Origin: Raja brachyura
Lineage: Eukaryota
Assembly (NCBI GenBank): GCA_963514005.1
Contig: OY740805.1
Coordinates: forward strand, 36,704,001-36,768,000
Direction: 5' to 3'
Length of the DNA stretch: 64,000 nt
The position numbers were made by a program, and so were the translations under genes. Below are positions 12,272 to 26,542 of the stretch, one piece after another. The notes beneath the pieces are model-generated. The model did not search any database. It was not told where the DNA came from and worked only from the letters and a program-made list of their open reading frames with translations. Position 1 is the stretch's first letter. The number at the start of each line of letters is the position of its first letter.

Positions 12272-13501
12272 GTAAGTTTGCGTTATCTTAACTTTATCCT
12301 AAAAAACATTCTTAACACCGACCACCACACGCCTCAACAACGAAGCATTGTCAGTTCAGATTCAGGCACAGAAATTAATTATATATGTAGGAACCAGGAG
12401 CCCCAGTTTAAGACTAAGGAGTAGGCCATTTAGGACTGAGGAGGAAAACCTTTTTCACCCAGCGAGTTGTGAATCTGTGGAATTATCTGCCTCAGAAGGC
12501 AGTGGAGGTCAATTTTCTGGATGCTTTCAAGAGAGAGTTAGTTGGTGCTCATAAAGATAGCGGAGTCAAGAGATATGGGGAGACGGCAGGAACGGGGTAC
12601 TGCTTGTGGATGATCAGCCATGATCACAGTGTATGGCGGTTCTGGCTCGAAGGGCCGAATGGCCTACTCCTGCACCTGTTGTCTATTGTCCATTGCCCAC
12701 ACCGGCCAACATGTCCCGTCGATACTAGTCCCACCTGCGTGCGGTTGGTCCATATCCATTGAAACCTGTCCAATCCATGTACCTGTCCAAGTGCTTCTTA
12801 CATGATGGGATAGTCCCAGCCTCAACGACCTTCTCTGGCTGCTTGCTCCATACAGCGACCATTTTCTCCATCGAAGAGCAATCCAGTTCCCTCTCAATTC
12901 ACATGCAAGCTACGCCCACTCCGACTCCTCTATATATCAGGGGCAATTTACAGCAGTTCATTACCTATCAGGACGCACGTCTTTGGGAGGAGAGATGAAG
13001 CAGTAACGCCCAGGGGAAACGCAGGCAATAACACGGAGAACGTGAAAACTCCACACCGGCAGTCAGCATTGAGGCCAGGCTGCTGGCCCACAGAGGCAGT
13101 AGATGCTTCGGCTATTTCCTTAAGCAATCAAGGTGGAGGTAAAAGGAACTGCAGATGCGAGATTACAAACAAAAAGACGCAAAGTGCTGGAGTAACTCCG
13201 CGGGCCACGCAGCATTTCTGGAGAACATGGATACGACATATTGTGGGATGCTGAAGAAGGGTGCCGACCTGAAACGTCGCCTATCCATGTTCTCCACAGA
13301 TGCTGCCTGACCCGTTGACTTATTCCAGCACTTTGTATTCTGTGTAAGATTTCCACATCTGTTGTTCCTTTTCATGCAAATGAACTGTACGAATTGGTCT
13401 ACGTTTAGAATGATAGTGGGAACATTTCGGTGTATAAGAATGGAAGGAAACAGAAATAAACTGGGAAAGTAATTTGTGAACTTGATGTTTTATTCCTACA
13501 G

Positions 13502-13653
13502 GCCCGAGCCTTGTAGAAAGCCCTGCATGGGGATTACGTTGGCAGCTGCTTGTAATGGGAGTGAAACTTGCAACGTTCATTGTGATCAACGTTATAATAG
13601 TCTTCATCATCCGCTCATGGGAGTCTTGGGGATTTGCCAGCCGGAGGAAATAA
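13502..13653 (+). CDS. Gene A stalk/TM/short tail exon with intramembrane Lys (activating type): RPSLVESPAWGLRWQLLVMGVKLATFIVINVIIVFIIRSWESWGFASRRK*
   Basis: Acceptor ttttattcctacag|, open in phase 1, about 24-residue hydrophobic span with Lys (13564-13566), stop at 13651-13653, donor gcg|gtaaga at 13674/13675; conserved paralog at 28605. Confidence 0.85.
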
Positions 13654-13787
13654 GCCTAACAAGCTGGTCAAGCGGTAAGAGGATTGCCAGCTACACGTGT
13701 GGATTGCATTAGCAGCTGAGGTCACTGGACAATGGTGCCTTTTATTGTCACCTGCAAGGTGCTACCATAGTGAAAATACTTTATTTC

Positions 13788-14845
13788 AAACTAAACTAAA
13801 TTAAACTAAACTAAACTAAACTACACTAAAATATAATAAAATAAAATACCCAAAATGAAACTAAGCGAAACTAAACTAAACTACACTTAACAAAAAAAGT
13901 TTAACTAAACTTAACTAAACTTAACCAAAGCAAACTAAACTAAATTAAACTAACATAAACTAACCTAAACTAAAATAAACTAAACAAAATTAAACGAAAC
14001 CAAACTAACTAAAGTATACTAAACTAAACTAAACCAAACTTCACGAAACCAATCCAAAGTAAAGAACACGAAACTAAACTAAACGAAATTAACCTAAACT
14101 AAACAAAAAAACATAACTAAACGTAACCAAACAAAATTACACTAATCTAAACGAAACTAAAATTAACTTACATTTAACAACTAAACTAATCTAAAATATA
14201 TTCAGTTCCATAGAAATCCCACACTACCTCCGCCACACTCTCATTTCATTCCTACCATCAAGAAGAATATATCTGAGTCTGAAAACCATGACCACAAGGT
14301 TCAAGAACAACTTCTTCCCTGCAACTATCAGGCCTTTGAACACCACATAAGACTAGGCTCAACTTTGAACATTTATGGACTTTCTTGCGTTGCACCGTGA
14401 ATCTTGTATTTTCGTGTTTGCACTAGATACAAATTTATTGTTGATTTTGTTTATTATTTTTTCTCAAAGTTTGATGTATGTACAGGCCTGTTACGCTGCT
14501 GCAAGTAAGAATTCCATTGTCCGGCTGTCGGTACAACAAACTTAGATAAAATATAATAACGAACCTAAACTAAGCTAAACTAAAATAAAATAAAATAAAA
14601 TAAAATACAGTAATCGAAACTAAACTAAACTAAACTAAACTAAAACAAACGTAACTAAATTTAACCAAACCAATCCAGAGCAAAGCAAACGAAACGAAAC
14701 TAAACTAAACTAAACTAAATTAACCTAAACTAAACAAAAAAAGCGTAACTAATCTTAACTAAGCGTAACCGAACCAAACCAAACAAAATTAAACAAATCT
14801 AAACGAAACTAAAGTAAACTTAAATTGACAACTAAACTAATTTAA
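13788..14845. repeat. Degenerate (AAACT)n satellite blocks within a roughly 0.6-kb tandem duplication (about 13990-14560 vs 14640-15215)
   Basis: Visible pentamer runs; duplicated flanks (gttccatagaaatcccacactacct ... cggtacaacaaac). Confidence 0.8.
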
Positions 14846-15630
14846 AATACATTGAGTTCCATAGAAATCCCACACTACCTTGGCCACGCTCTCATTTAAC
14901 TCCTACCATCAAGTTGAAGATATCTGAGTCTGAAAACCGTGACCACAACGTTCAAGAACAGCTTCTTCCCTGCAGCTATCAGGCCATTGGACACCACAGA
15001 CGACTAGGCTCAACTATGAGCATTGATGGAATTACTTGTGTTGCGTCAAGGATCTTGTATTTCCGTGTTTGCATTAGATACAAATTTGTTGTTGGTTTTG
15101 TTTATTATATTTTATCAAAGATTGTTGTGTGTACAGGCCTGTTACGCTGCTGCAAGTAAGACTTCCATTGTCCGGTTGGCGGTACAACAAACCTAAATAC
15201 AATATAGTAAATAAAACAAACAATACATTTGTAACTAGTGCAAACCCTCTTGACTCTTGCAACGTAGACTTGCTGCAACAAAACAAATGCGACATGCCAG
15301 GGAAAACTAGACCGATCCAGGCCAGGAATAAGGAACTCATACAGGACTTGGATGGAACATGGATAGGACATGTTTGGAGGGATATAGGCGAAACGTAGGC
15401 AGGAGGGTTTAGTGTAGCTGGGACATGTGGACCGGTGTGGGGAAAGTGGACATAAAGAACTTATATCCATGCTGTATCACTCCATGACTCTAATACTTGT
15501 AATTGTGTGGACACATATTTGACAAGAATTTTAATAATATTAATTGCAGTCAATTGTGTTCAATGCTATTTATGCTTTTTGTTTGTGCCTGTGCGTGTGG
15601 TATACTAATGTATCTATTTTATTTTCTCAG

Positions 15631-15690
15631 ACCATAAGCGTTGAACTCCCTACATATTTGAATAAACTCATCCAGCAGATGAAACCAAGA
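15631..15690 (+). other. Gene A terminal (3'UTR) exon with poly(A) signal; codes HHKR* if joined directly to V
   Basis: Strong acceptor tattttattttctcag|, AATAAA at 15661-15666; conserved at 31831. The 3' end is approximate. Confidence 0.65.
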
Positions 15691-15919
15691 AGAGCAAACC
15701 CATCACTGAATCAATATTAGCTTAGTCAGCTGTGCTGATACTGTTGCGGATCAATACCCATTTGGGATAATGTGATTTGTGAAATCTTACACTCATTAAA
15801 ACTCCACATTGTCTTCGTGTTTGTTCATTCCTGGCAACAACAGATTCTAGTCAGAGTGGTTACATTTCAAGCGTAGACCAATAGACAATCGACAATAGAC
15901 AATAGACACTATTTGTTAT

Positions 15920-16560
15920 ACAGTATACAAGTCCAGCCGCTCCATTCTTTCAACATTTGACAGTTCCGCCATCCCGGGAATGAATCTTGTAAACCTACGC
16001 TGCACTCCTACAATAACAAGAATGTCAATCAAATTAAGGGATCAAAACTGCACACTATACTCCAGGTGTGGTCTCAATAAGGCCCTATATAACTGCAGAA
16101 GGACCCTTTTGCACTTATACTGAACTCCTCTTCACAACAAGTGGAGTTCAGTATTGGAGTATAGAGGTCCTTCTGGCCATTCATGGCCAACATGCCATTC
16201 GCTTTCTTCACTGCCTGCTGTACATGCATGCTTAATTTCATTGACTGATGAACTAGGACCCCCAGATCTCATTCTACTCCCCCTTTTCCCAACTTGGCAC
16301 GATTCAGATAATAATCTGCCTTCCTAATAATCTGCCAGCAAAGTGGATAACCTCACATTTATCCACACTAAACTGATCTGCCATGCATCTGCCCACTCGC
16401 CCAACCTGTCCAAGTCACCCTGCATCCTCATATCCTCCTCATAGTTCACACTGCCACCCAGCTTTGTGTCATCTGCAAATTTGCTAATGGTACTTTGAAT
16501 TACTTCATCTAAATCATTGATGTATATCGTAAATAGCTGCGGTTGCAGCACCAAGGCTTA
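15920..16560 (-). mobile_element. CR1 fragment
   Basis: SKFADDTKLGG RT motif on the minus strand. Confidence 0.85.
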
Positions 16561-17324
16561 TGGTCACCCATTTATTTTCTCCATAAATGTTTCCTGACCC
16601 GCTGAGTTACTCCAGCTTTTTGTATCTATTTTCGGACATGGACTGGTGCAGCTCCCGGCTGCAAACCATTTTAACTCTCCTTCCCATTCCCACACTGATG
16701 CCTCTGACCGAGGTCTCCTCCATTGCCTGAGTGAAGCCATTGGAGAAACCGGACTTCATACTCCATCTCCGTAGCTTAGAACCCAATATTGAACTCTGAA
16801 TTTTCCAATGTCAGGTAAATAACCTGCAACCTTTCCCTCCCTTGCGTGTGATGCACCCATTTTCCCTGCCCGCCCCTTCCACATTTTTCCCTTCCTCTGG
16901 TTCTGCATTCATATTTTCCGTTCACACCTCTAATTCCCCTATGGATTGCACAATTGTATCAACCTCCCTTACCCTTTCACGCAGCGAGTTTCAGATCAAT
17001 TTGACACACTATTGCACCTTTATACGACTTGTATTGATTGTATCATGTTTGGTGGAGAGGTTCCCGTGTCGTATGAACACACATTTAATATTTAAACACA
17101 CAGTTTAATGGACAATAGACAATAGGTGCAGGTGTAGGCCATTCGGCCCTTCAAACCAGCACCACCATTCAATGTGATCATGGCTGATCATCCCCAATCA
17201 GTACCCCGTTCCCGCCTTCTCCCCATATCCACTGACGCTGATGATGCTGCCAGCCTTTTTGAGTTTCGTAAATCTCCGAAACTGGGGTTCCCCATCCCAC
17301 CCCTTCCAAAGTCCACAATCAGTT

Positions 17325-17910
17325 CCTTGGTTTAGCTGGTGTTGAGGGCCAGGTTATTGTGCTGGCACCATTTGGTCATTCGGTTGATCTCACTTCTATA
17401 TTCTGACTCGTCCCCATCAGTGAAACGTCCCACAACAGTAGTGTCGTCAGCGAACTTGAGGAGGGAGTCATGAATATAGAGTGAGTACAGCAGGGGGCTG
17501 AGCACGCAGCCTTGAGGTGCTCCCGTGCTGATTGTTGCCGAGGCTGACACTTTTCCACCAATTCGAAGTCTGTGAATGAGGAAGTCGAGGATCCAATTGC
17601 AGAGGGATGCGCAGAGACCCAGTTCTGAGAGTTTCATAACCAGCCTGGAGGGGATGATTGTATTAAATGCGGATCTATAATCAATGAATAACAGCCTTAC
17701 ATATGAGTTTTTGGTGTGCAAGTGGACCAGAGCGGAATGAAGAGCCAGCGAGATCGCATTCACCGTTGATCTGTTGAGGCGGTAAGCGAACTGCAGTGGG
17801 TCCAGGTTTTTGTCGTGGTAGGAGTTGATTTGTGCCATGATCAACCTCTCGAAGCACTTCATCACCACCGACGTTAGTGCCACTGGTCGAAGGTCGTTGA
17901 GGCACGTCAA
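17325..17910 (-). mobile_element. Rex1/Babar-like LINE RT fragment
   Basis: [45 protein letters not shown]. Confidence 0.8.
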
Positions 17911-19419
17911 CAATCAACATATCCATAGAGCCGGCCTCCATCGCCCTCTGAGGCAGAGAATTCCACAGACTCACAACTCTCTGTGTGAAAAAGTGCTTCC
18001 TCGTCCCCGTTCTAAATGGCTCACACCTTGTTCAGGGGGGTTATGGGAAGAGGGCAGCAGAATGGGATTGAGAGTGGGGAGATTAGCCATGACTGAATTG
18101 TGAAATGGATTTGTTGGGCCGAATGGCCCAATTCTGCTCCGATCATTAATGAACTTATGAAATTTGATCTGGTGATATTGAAGGACTGGTGGTGTATGAC
18201 GTTGGATGGTGGAGGTGGTCTGGAGGTGTTTTCATGCGCCAGGTGCCTTTGCCTTTCTGGTTCGATGAGATCGCGACCTGGGCGAGTTGACGTTGGTAGC
18301 AACACATTGATAGAAGCCAAGACTATTCCAAACACAACCATAGATGTGATATGGAGCGCCATCATCAGGCGACGAAGTGCAACGCGTACAACAGATAAAG
18401 GTTGCTGAATTCTGAGATGGACACAATAAACTTTGCTAACTCAACGGGATTGGCAGCATCTCTGGAGAGAAGGGGTGAGCAAAGTGTCGGGTCGAGACCC
18501 TTCTTCAGACGCTGATTTCTAAAATGTGTAGGGAGGAACTGCTTGTTCAACCAAAGATTGACACAAAAGCTGGAGTAACTCAGATGGTCAAGCAGCATCT
18601 CTGGAGAAAAGGAATAGACGACGTTCCGGGTCGAGACTGTGAGTCAGAGGAAAGGCGAACCAGAGAAAAAGACGGCGATCCGGACAGATATAGAAGAAAT
18701 ACATGAAATTAATGCAAAAAAGTGGCGCTGCTTAAGGAAATGTGGAGCCCCCAATTATGCATTGTTGGCTGTGACACACAGACAGTGAAACTCAACAGGA
18801 CGACAGTGAAACTAGTACAACGACGAGGGCTCGGACAGGAGGTTGCTCCTCAAACTGCGGGGCATCTTGGACAATACAGCTCACCCCCTCCATGACACAC
18901 TGGCCAATCCGAGGAGCACCTTCAGCAACAGACTGCTTCCCCCAAGGCGCAGCACAGAACGCGACATTAGATCATTTCACCCCCGTGGCTGTCAAGCTGT
19001 GCAACTCCTGGCATTTCTGTCCTGGGGTAGACTGACCGCCACCTCCTCCCCTTCCCCCATCTTTGCACATCTTCGACGTTTCCACTTTTTCATTCGATAA
19101 TACGATATCATGTTTGAGCACAAACTTCATTCATTCATCATCGTTGAAAACATTAGCGACGCAGTGACGGGAATGGTGACGGACGCACCACACATCTCTA
19201 TTCTCCAGTTCCCGCGATCTTCCGCCGCTGGAAGTATAGGATTTTTGTGTGTGCTTTATCATCATTCTTTACAATGCTATGTACGACAGTGATCGCAGCT
19301 TCTACTGAAGTGTGAATGGCCGTTGGCTCATCCACCCTTTGACAGGTCTTGTTTTTTGTCCTGCTGGGGGTCCACAACCGCTCCTCGCCTGGTATACCAG
19401 GTGGGGGAGACGGTTTATC

Positions 19420-19915
19420 GCCGAGGGAGTGCAGAGTAGGTTTACAAGGTTAATTCCCGGGATGGCGGGACTGTCATATGCTGAGAGAATGGAACGGCTG
19501 GGCTTGTACACTCAGGAGTTTAGAAGGATGAGAGGAGATCTTATTGAAACATATAAGATTATTAAGGGTTTGGACACGCTGGAGGCAGGAAACATGTTCC
19601 TGATCATGTTGGCGGAGTACAGAACCAGGAGCCACACAATTTAAGAATAAGGGGGTAAGCCATTTAGAACGGAGATGAGGAAACACTTTTTCACCCAGAG
19701 AGTTGTGAGACTGTGGAATTCTCTGCCTCAAAGGGCAGTGGGGGTCGGTTCTCTGGATACTTTCTAGAGAAAGCTAGATAGAGCTCTAAAATATAGCGGA
19801 GTAAGGGGATATGGGGAGAAGGCAGGAGCAGGGTACCGATTGGGGAATGTCAGCTATGATCACATTGAATGGCTCGACGGGCCGAATGGCCTACTCCTGC
19901 ACCTAATGGCTATTG
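19420..19915 (+). mobile_element. CR1 3' fragment nested in another repeat (host repeat uninterrupted at about 46790-47160)
   Basis: RRMRGDLIETYKI motif; the flanks join up in the 46.8-47.2 kb copy. Confidence 0.75.
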
Positions 19916-22900
19916 CCGACAATCCGACCATGAAGTAGGTAGCACGGATTACATGGTACCCGTGGCCGGAGAATTCCCCCCCCCCCCCCCCACCCCGACC
20001 CGACCTGGTCACATAAATCGCATTATTTTTGTAATGCACGTGGCATGTTGTAAGCCTTGTAACTGTATAATATGACCAATCAGCAGACCAATTTCCCTCT
20101 GGGATAAATAAAGTGGCATCGTATCATATGGGCGGGTGGGCGAGGAACGGACATACAGTATACACATTGTGTACCCAATTTCCTCCTCTGTTAGGCAACC
20201 AATTTTCCGGTCATAGAGTTATTGCAGTTAGGGAACAAAATGGTCCTTTATAACATGGTGTTAGCTTACATTGTGCATCATCACAATCGTCTCAGATCAC
20301 CTGGGGCTTCTCACAACCATCTGTGTCGCTCAAGCGGATTAATATGGATTTTGATGCACTAACCCATAAAGTTACTTCTTCAAAAGGTCATCAATTCGTA
20401 AGGGATAGGAGCAGAATTAGGCCATTCGGTCTATTATGACTACTCCGCCATTTTTATCACGGCTGCTCTATTTCACCCTCGTAACCCAATTCTCCTGCCT
20501 TCTCCCCATAACCGCTGGCACTGATCAATAATCGATCTATCTCTGCCTTGAATATAATCATTGACTTGGCCTCCACAACCGTCTGTGGCAATGAATTCCA
20601 CAGATTCACCACCCTGTGAATAAATACATTCTTCCTCATCTCCTTCCTAAACGAGCGTCCTTTAATTCTGAGGCTGTGACCTCTGATCCTAGAATCTCCC
20701 ACTAGTGGAAACATACTCTCCACATCCACTCTGTCCAGGCCTTTCACTATCCGTTCTGGTCCAGAGAGCAATATGTGTCACCTGCAAAAGATAGACACAA
20801 AAATGCTGCAGTAGTTCAGCGGGACAGGCAGCAAGTGTTACGTGCGAGGGAGACATAGTCCAGAATCGAAAACAAAGTTCCCCATATGGTATCCGGAAGC
20901 TGGCCGTGCTGCCAGGACTGGATGTGTAAGCAACTTCTCTCCTTAGTGCTGGCTCGCCTCCTGACGTAGGAAGTCCACGGACTGACTGAGACCCAGCGCT
21001 GACTCCGGATAAAGCTTCGATTCTGAGTGGAGTAAGTGCACCTTGAACGCTCGTCGGAAATATCCAGTGGGCCCAAGCAATGTCCAAGACTAGATCTTGT
21101 AGCCTTGGATGTGGCTTCAATGGGGTGAAAGTCTCTGAGCCTGGGTTCAAGGGAGCAGGTTGCGCTGGACATGTCATTGGGAGGGTGACTTGCTCAGTTC
21201 AGAGCGATTTCCCGCTATGATCCTCCAGGAAGGTGAAGGAATGCAGCCTGGCATTTCGGGGATGTTACTTTAAGGGGCATTTGGGGAAACGTATGTTACT
21301 GAAGCCGGTGTTACTGAAGGGAGTTTTTTGGAAATGGTGGCGCAGCGGTAGGGTTAGAAACATTAAAAAAAAAACATGGAAATAGGTGCGAGAAGCCCAT
21401 TTGGCCCTTCGAGCCTGCACCGCCATTCATTGATATCAATAGACAATATACAACAGGTGCAGGAGTAGGCCATTCGGCCCTTCGAGCCAGCACCGCCATT
21501 CAATGTGATCATCGCTGATCATCTCCAATCAGTACACCGTTCGTACCTTCTCCCCATATCCCCAGACCCCACTATCTTTAAGAGCCCTATCCAGCTCTCT
21601 CTTGAAAGTATCCAGAGAACCGGCCCCACCACCGCCTGAAACAGAGAGTTCCAGTGACTTACAACTCTCTGTGTGAAAAAGTGTTTCATCGTCTCCGTTC
21701 TAAATGGCTTACCCCTTATTCTTAAACTGTGGCCCCTGGTTGTGGACTCCCCCAACATCGGGAACATGTCTCCTGCCCCTAGCATGTCCAAACCCTTAAT
21801 AATCTTTTATGTTTCAATAAGATCCCCTCTAATACTTCTAAACTCCAGAGTGAACAAGCACAGCCACTCCATTCTCTCAGTTTAAAATTTGAGCATTAAT
21901 TTATCTAACATATAAACATATAGGTGCATGAGGAGGCCCTTCGGCCCTTCGAGCCAGCACCGCCATTCAATGTGATCATGGCTGATCATCCACAATCAGT
22001 AACCCGTGCCTGCCTTCTCCCCATATCCTTTGATTCCGCTAGCCCTTAGAGGTCTTTCTAACTCTCATTAAAATTCATCCCGTGGATTGGCCTCCACTGC
22101 CTTCTGTGGCAGAGAATTACAAAAATTCACAATTCTCTGGGTAAAAAGGTTTGTTCTCATCTCAGCTGCCTTACAGCACCAGAGACCCGGGCTCGGTCCT
22201 GACTTCGAGCGCTGTCTTTACGGAGTTCAAGGTGTCAAGTTCAAGGGTCAGTTTATTGTCACATGTGCCAATTATGTTACAGTGAAATTTGAATGTATAG
22301 TCCCTGCGACCGCTAGGGTTTCCTCCGGGTGCTCCGGTTTCCTCCCACACTCTTGAAAGACGTGCAGGTTTGTAGGTTAATTGGCTTGGTATGAATGGAA
22401 ATTGTCCCCAGTGTGTGTAGGATAGATCTGGTGTACGTTGGTCGGCGTAGACTCGGTGTGCCGAGAGGCCCATTTACACGCTGTCTGTCTAAACTAGGCC
22501 AGGTCTATTTCTTCAGGTTGAAGAAGGGTCCCGACTCGAAACGTCACCCACGCCTTTTCTACAGAGATGCTGCCTGACCCGCTGAGTTTCTCCAGCACTC
22601 TGCAGTTCCTTTCTACTTCCGTGGAGTTAGTGTCTAGAGTACAAATCTCCAATGCAACTAGTGGCCAATATCTAGTAGACTCTAATGGGGGTTGTTAAAG
22701 GTGGAGGATGAACGGGCGGCAGTCGCGGACTACAGTGTGGGCTATTTTTAGTTTTAGAGATACAGCGTGGAAACAGGCCCTTCGGCCCACCGAGTCCGCG
22801 CTGACCAACGATCCCTGCACACTAACACTACGCTACCCACCCGAGGGACAATATACAATTCCACCAAGCCAATTCACCTACAAACCTAGCGTGTGGGAGG

Positions 22901-25830
22901 AAAGCTGAGCACCTGGTGAAAAACCACGCGGGTCACGGGAAGAATGGACAAACACCGTGCAGACAGCACCCGTAGTCAGGATCGAACCCGGGTCTCTGGC
23001 GCTGAGAGGCCGCCCAAACTGTTACACTGTGTCTCTCCAGTAGACCATGTCGTGAGAGTATATTTCTTGACACCAGCAAAGCAGAAGTATGAGAATTCAA
23101 CTGAGTAACGTTAAACCGACTGCAGGCGAGAAGTCTAAATATAATTCCACAAAACGTTAGCAAATATCCAAACTTCTCTTATTATTATTATTTTAACGCC
23201 TTTTAGGGAAGTTTTAGTAGCACTTTATGTCCCCTTCTTCAACTGTCATGACTGCTCACGTGGAAGTGAAAACAATTATGAAACCTGGATCGGAATGCTA
23301 GGTTAATCATTTAGTGACCAAACAGCGGAATAACTTTATTCCTCTCTCTGCTGTATGACTATATCAGTCTCTGACACAGCGGTTGGCCAGGGACCGGATT
23401 TCATGGAGTCGAGCACCATCCTGACCTCTGTTGCTCTCAGAGTGGAGTTGACACGAACCCCCCCCCCCGCCCCCCCCCCCCCCCCCCCCCCATGCAGTTC
23501 TTCGGTTTCCTCCCAAACTCTAAAGACGTGCAAGTTTGTAGGTTAATTCAGTTCATTCATCGTAAACTGCCCCGTGTGTAGTATAGTGCTGGTGTACGGG
23601 TATGGCTAGTCGGCGCTGACCTGCCGAAGGACATCTTCCACGCTATGTTTCTAAAGTCTAAAGTCTAAAATTACTGGTGGGATTAATTGTTAATGAAGTA
23701 ATCTGTTGGAGTGAGAAGTCAAACGAAGGAACAAGTAAAACCGTAGGCCCGTTCTCTGCATACTTTCATATGGGGTGAGGACAGGAACGGGGTACTGATT
23801 GGGGATGATCAGCCATGATCATATCGAATGGCGGTGCTGGCTTGAAGGGCCGAATGGCCTACTCCTGCACCTATTGCCTATTGTCTATTGGGAGAAAGTA
23901 GAGATGGTTGAAAACTTCAAATTCCAAGAGGTCAAAGTCACCAACAACTTTTCCTGGACCAATCATTGAAACGACGGTCAAGAAAGCCTCCACTTCCATA
24001 GAAGGCTCAGGAAGTATAGCGTGTCCCCGAACTCCCACCAACTTCTACAGATGCACCATAGAAAGCATTTTGTCAGGATGCATCACAACTTGGTCTGGGA
24101 TCAACTGCATCCAACACCGCAAGAAATTGCAGCGAATTGTGGATGCAGCCCAGACCATCACACAATCCAACCTCCCTCTCATTGAATCCATTTATGCCTC
24201 ACCCTGCCTCGGCAAGGCCAATGGTATAATTAAGGACCCGTCACACCCTGGCCACTCCCTCTTCTCCCCTCTCCCATCTGACAAAAGGTGTAGAAATGTG
24301 AAAACGCACACCTCCAGATTCAGGTACAGTTATTCACAGCTGTTATCAGGCAACTGAATCACCCTACCAAAACCTGAGAGCAATGCTGAACTACTATCTA
24401 CCTCATTGGTGACCCTTGGATTATTCTTGGTTGGACTTTGATGGATTTACCTTGCACAAAACGTTATTACCATATAATGTATTTATACATTATTTCTCTC
24501 CATAGATGCTGCCTCACCCGCTGAGTTACTCCAGCATTTTGTGTCCACCTTTCATGTATCTGTACACTGTGAATGGCTCAATTGCAATCATTTATTTGTC
24601 TTTCTGCTGATTGGTTAGCATGCAAGAAAAACATTTCACTGTTCCTCAGATAGACACAAACATCTGGATTGACTCAGCGGGCCAGGCAGCATCTCTGGAG
24701 GGAAGGAATGTTGGAGGTTTCGCGTCCAGACCGTTCTTCAGACCTCTGTACCTCGGTACATGTGACACTACACTAAACTGAGTGCAGATCTAGATTATCT
24801 GTTCGGGCAATGAACGAAATACCGAAATCTGAATTTGGGTGATTAATACAATAGACAATAGACAATAGGTGCAGGAGTAGGCCATTCGGCCCTTCGAGTC
24901 AGCACCGCCATTCACTTTGATCATGACAGTCATCCACAATCAGTATCCCGTTCCTGCCCTTTTTCCATATCCCTTGACTCCGATATCTTTAAGAGCTCTT
25001 TGTGTAAACAAGTGTTTCCTCATCTCCATTCTAAATGGCTTACGCCATATTCTTAAACTGTGGCCCCTGGTTCTGGACTCTCCCATAGGGAGCATGTTTC
25101 CTGCCTGTAGCTTGTCCAAACCTTGAAATATCCTGTATGTTACAACAATATCCCCTCTCATCATTCTAAATACCAGAGTATACATGCCCAGCCGCTCCAT
25201 TCAATCAACACACGACAGTCCCGCCATCCCGGGAATTAACCTGGTGAACCTACCCTGCACTCCCTCGATAGCAAGAATGTTCTTTCTCAAATTTGGAGAC
25301 CAAAACTGCACAGAATACTCCAGGCGTGGTCTCACTAGGGCCCTGCACAACTGTAGAAGGACATATTTACAACTGCAGAAGGACATATTCGCTTTCTTCA
25401 CTGCATGCTGTACCCGCATGCTTACTTTCAGTGATTGATGAACAAGTACTCCTAGATCCCGTTGTACTTCCCCTTTTCCCAACAGGATGGAAGTAGAACC
25501 ATGAGAGTAGCGGATGGCTTACTATCGCCTCCACCTTACATTTGGATCTGCCACTAAGTGGATTGTTTGCACGCAAATAGTTAAATGGATTCGTCATCTG
25601 TGAGGCAGGTGACGCACTCTGTCCTCCGGAAGAGCAATCTGGCATGTTCCTTCTGAAGGGATTTCACAATGTTTCACCCAAGACGTTAAACAAACCCATA
25701 GTGCCGGAGGAACTAAACGGGTCAGGCAGCATCACTCGAGGTAAAAACAGACGGCTATCCCATGTTTTCCACAGATGCTGCCTGACGTGTTTTTGTCTGT
25801 TGGTTTTCGCCTACAGGTAGCCGTTCAAAG

Positions 25831-25866
25831 ATGCAGTGGAGTGTGGTCGCTTGGTCCTTTCTGCTA
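25831..25866 (+). CDS. Gene B leader exon (3' end lost in assembly gap), MQWSVVAWSFLL...
   Basis: Near-identical to the gene A leader, same upstream acceptor (ctacag, 25816); runs into Ns at 25867. Confidence 0.82.
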
Positions 25867-26256
25867 NNNNNNNNNNNNNNNNNNNNNNNNNNNNNNNNNN
25901 NNNNNNNNNNNNNNNNNNNNNNNNNNNNNNNNNNNNNNNNNNNNNNNNNNNNNNNNNNNNNNNNNNNNNNNNNNNNNNNNNNNNNNNNNNNNNNNNNNNN
26001 NNNNNNNNNNNNNNNCCACAAACGCACACGCACACNNNNNNNNNNNNNNNNNNNNNNNNNNNNNNNNNNNNNNNNNNNNNNNNNNNNNNNNNNNNNNNNN
26101 NNNNNNNNNNNNNNNNNNNNNNNNNNNNNNNNNNNNNNNNNNNNNNNNNNNNNNNNNNNNNNNNNNNNNNNNNNNNNNNNNNNNNNNNNNNNNNNNNNNN
26201 NNNNNNNNNNNNNNNNNNNNNNNNNNNNNNNNNNNNNNNNNNNNNNNNNNNNNNNN
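25867..26256. other. Assembly gaps (25867-26015 and 26036-26256) at a CA-repeat
   Basis: N runs. Confidence 1.
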
Positions 26257-26468
26257 AAGAGAGGGAGGTGGTGTTGGGGGGGGTTAGATAGTATCGGAGA
26301 GGGAGAGGCAGAGGGAGAGGGAGTGAATGTGTGGTGGAGAGAGAGGTGATAGTGGGGGAGGGGAGAGAAAGAAAGAGAGTGAGTGTGGTAGAGAGAGAGG
26401 TGATGGTCGGGAAGGGGAGCTGGAGAGGGAGTTGGATTGAGAGAGGGGCGAGAGATGGTGGGTTGCGG

Positions 26469-26471
<3 letters not shown>

Positions 26472-26536
<65 letters not shown>
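26472..26536. repeat. (GA)n microsatellite
   Basis: Directly visible. Confidence 0.95.

Positions 26537-26542
<6 letters not shown>

Noticed and set aside
13540-13620. Resemblance of the Lys-TM (R...K...N...IRSW) to the TCR alpha/delta TM
   Set aside because: Spacing of R, K and N differs from TCR and there is no constant domain or connecting-peptide Cys; too weak to claim homology.
13320-13712. Track ORFs 13320-13610(-), 13476-13712(+) and their paralogs at 28480-28800 as Cys-rich proteins
   Set aside because: Alternative frames over the TM exon; only the phase-1 frame fits the V donor and gives a coherent TM segment.
13788-14845. CRISPR-like or telomeric array
   Set aside because: Degenerate AAACT simple repeat with no spacer structure, in a eukaryotic context, and not TTAGGG.
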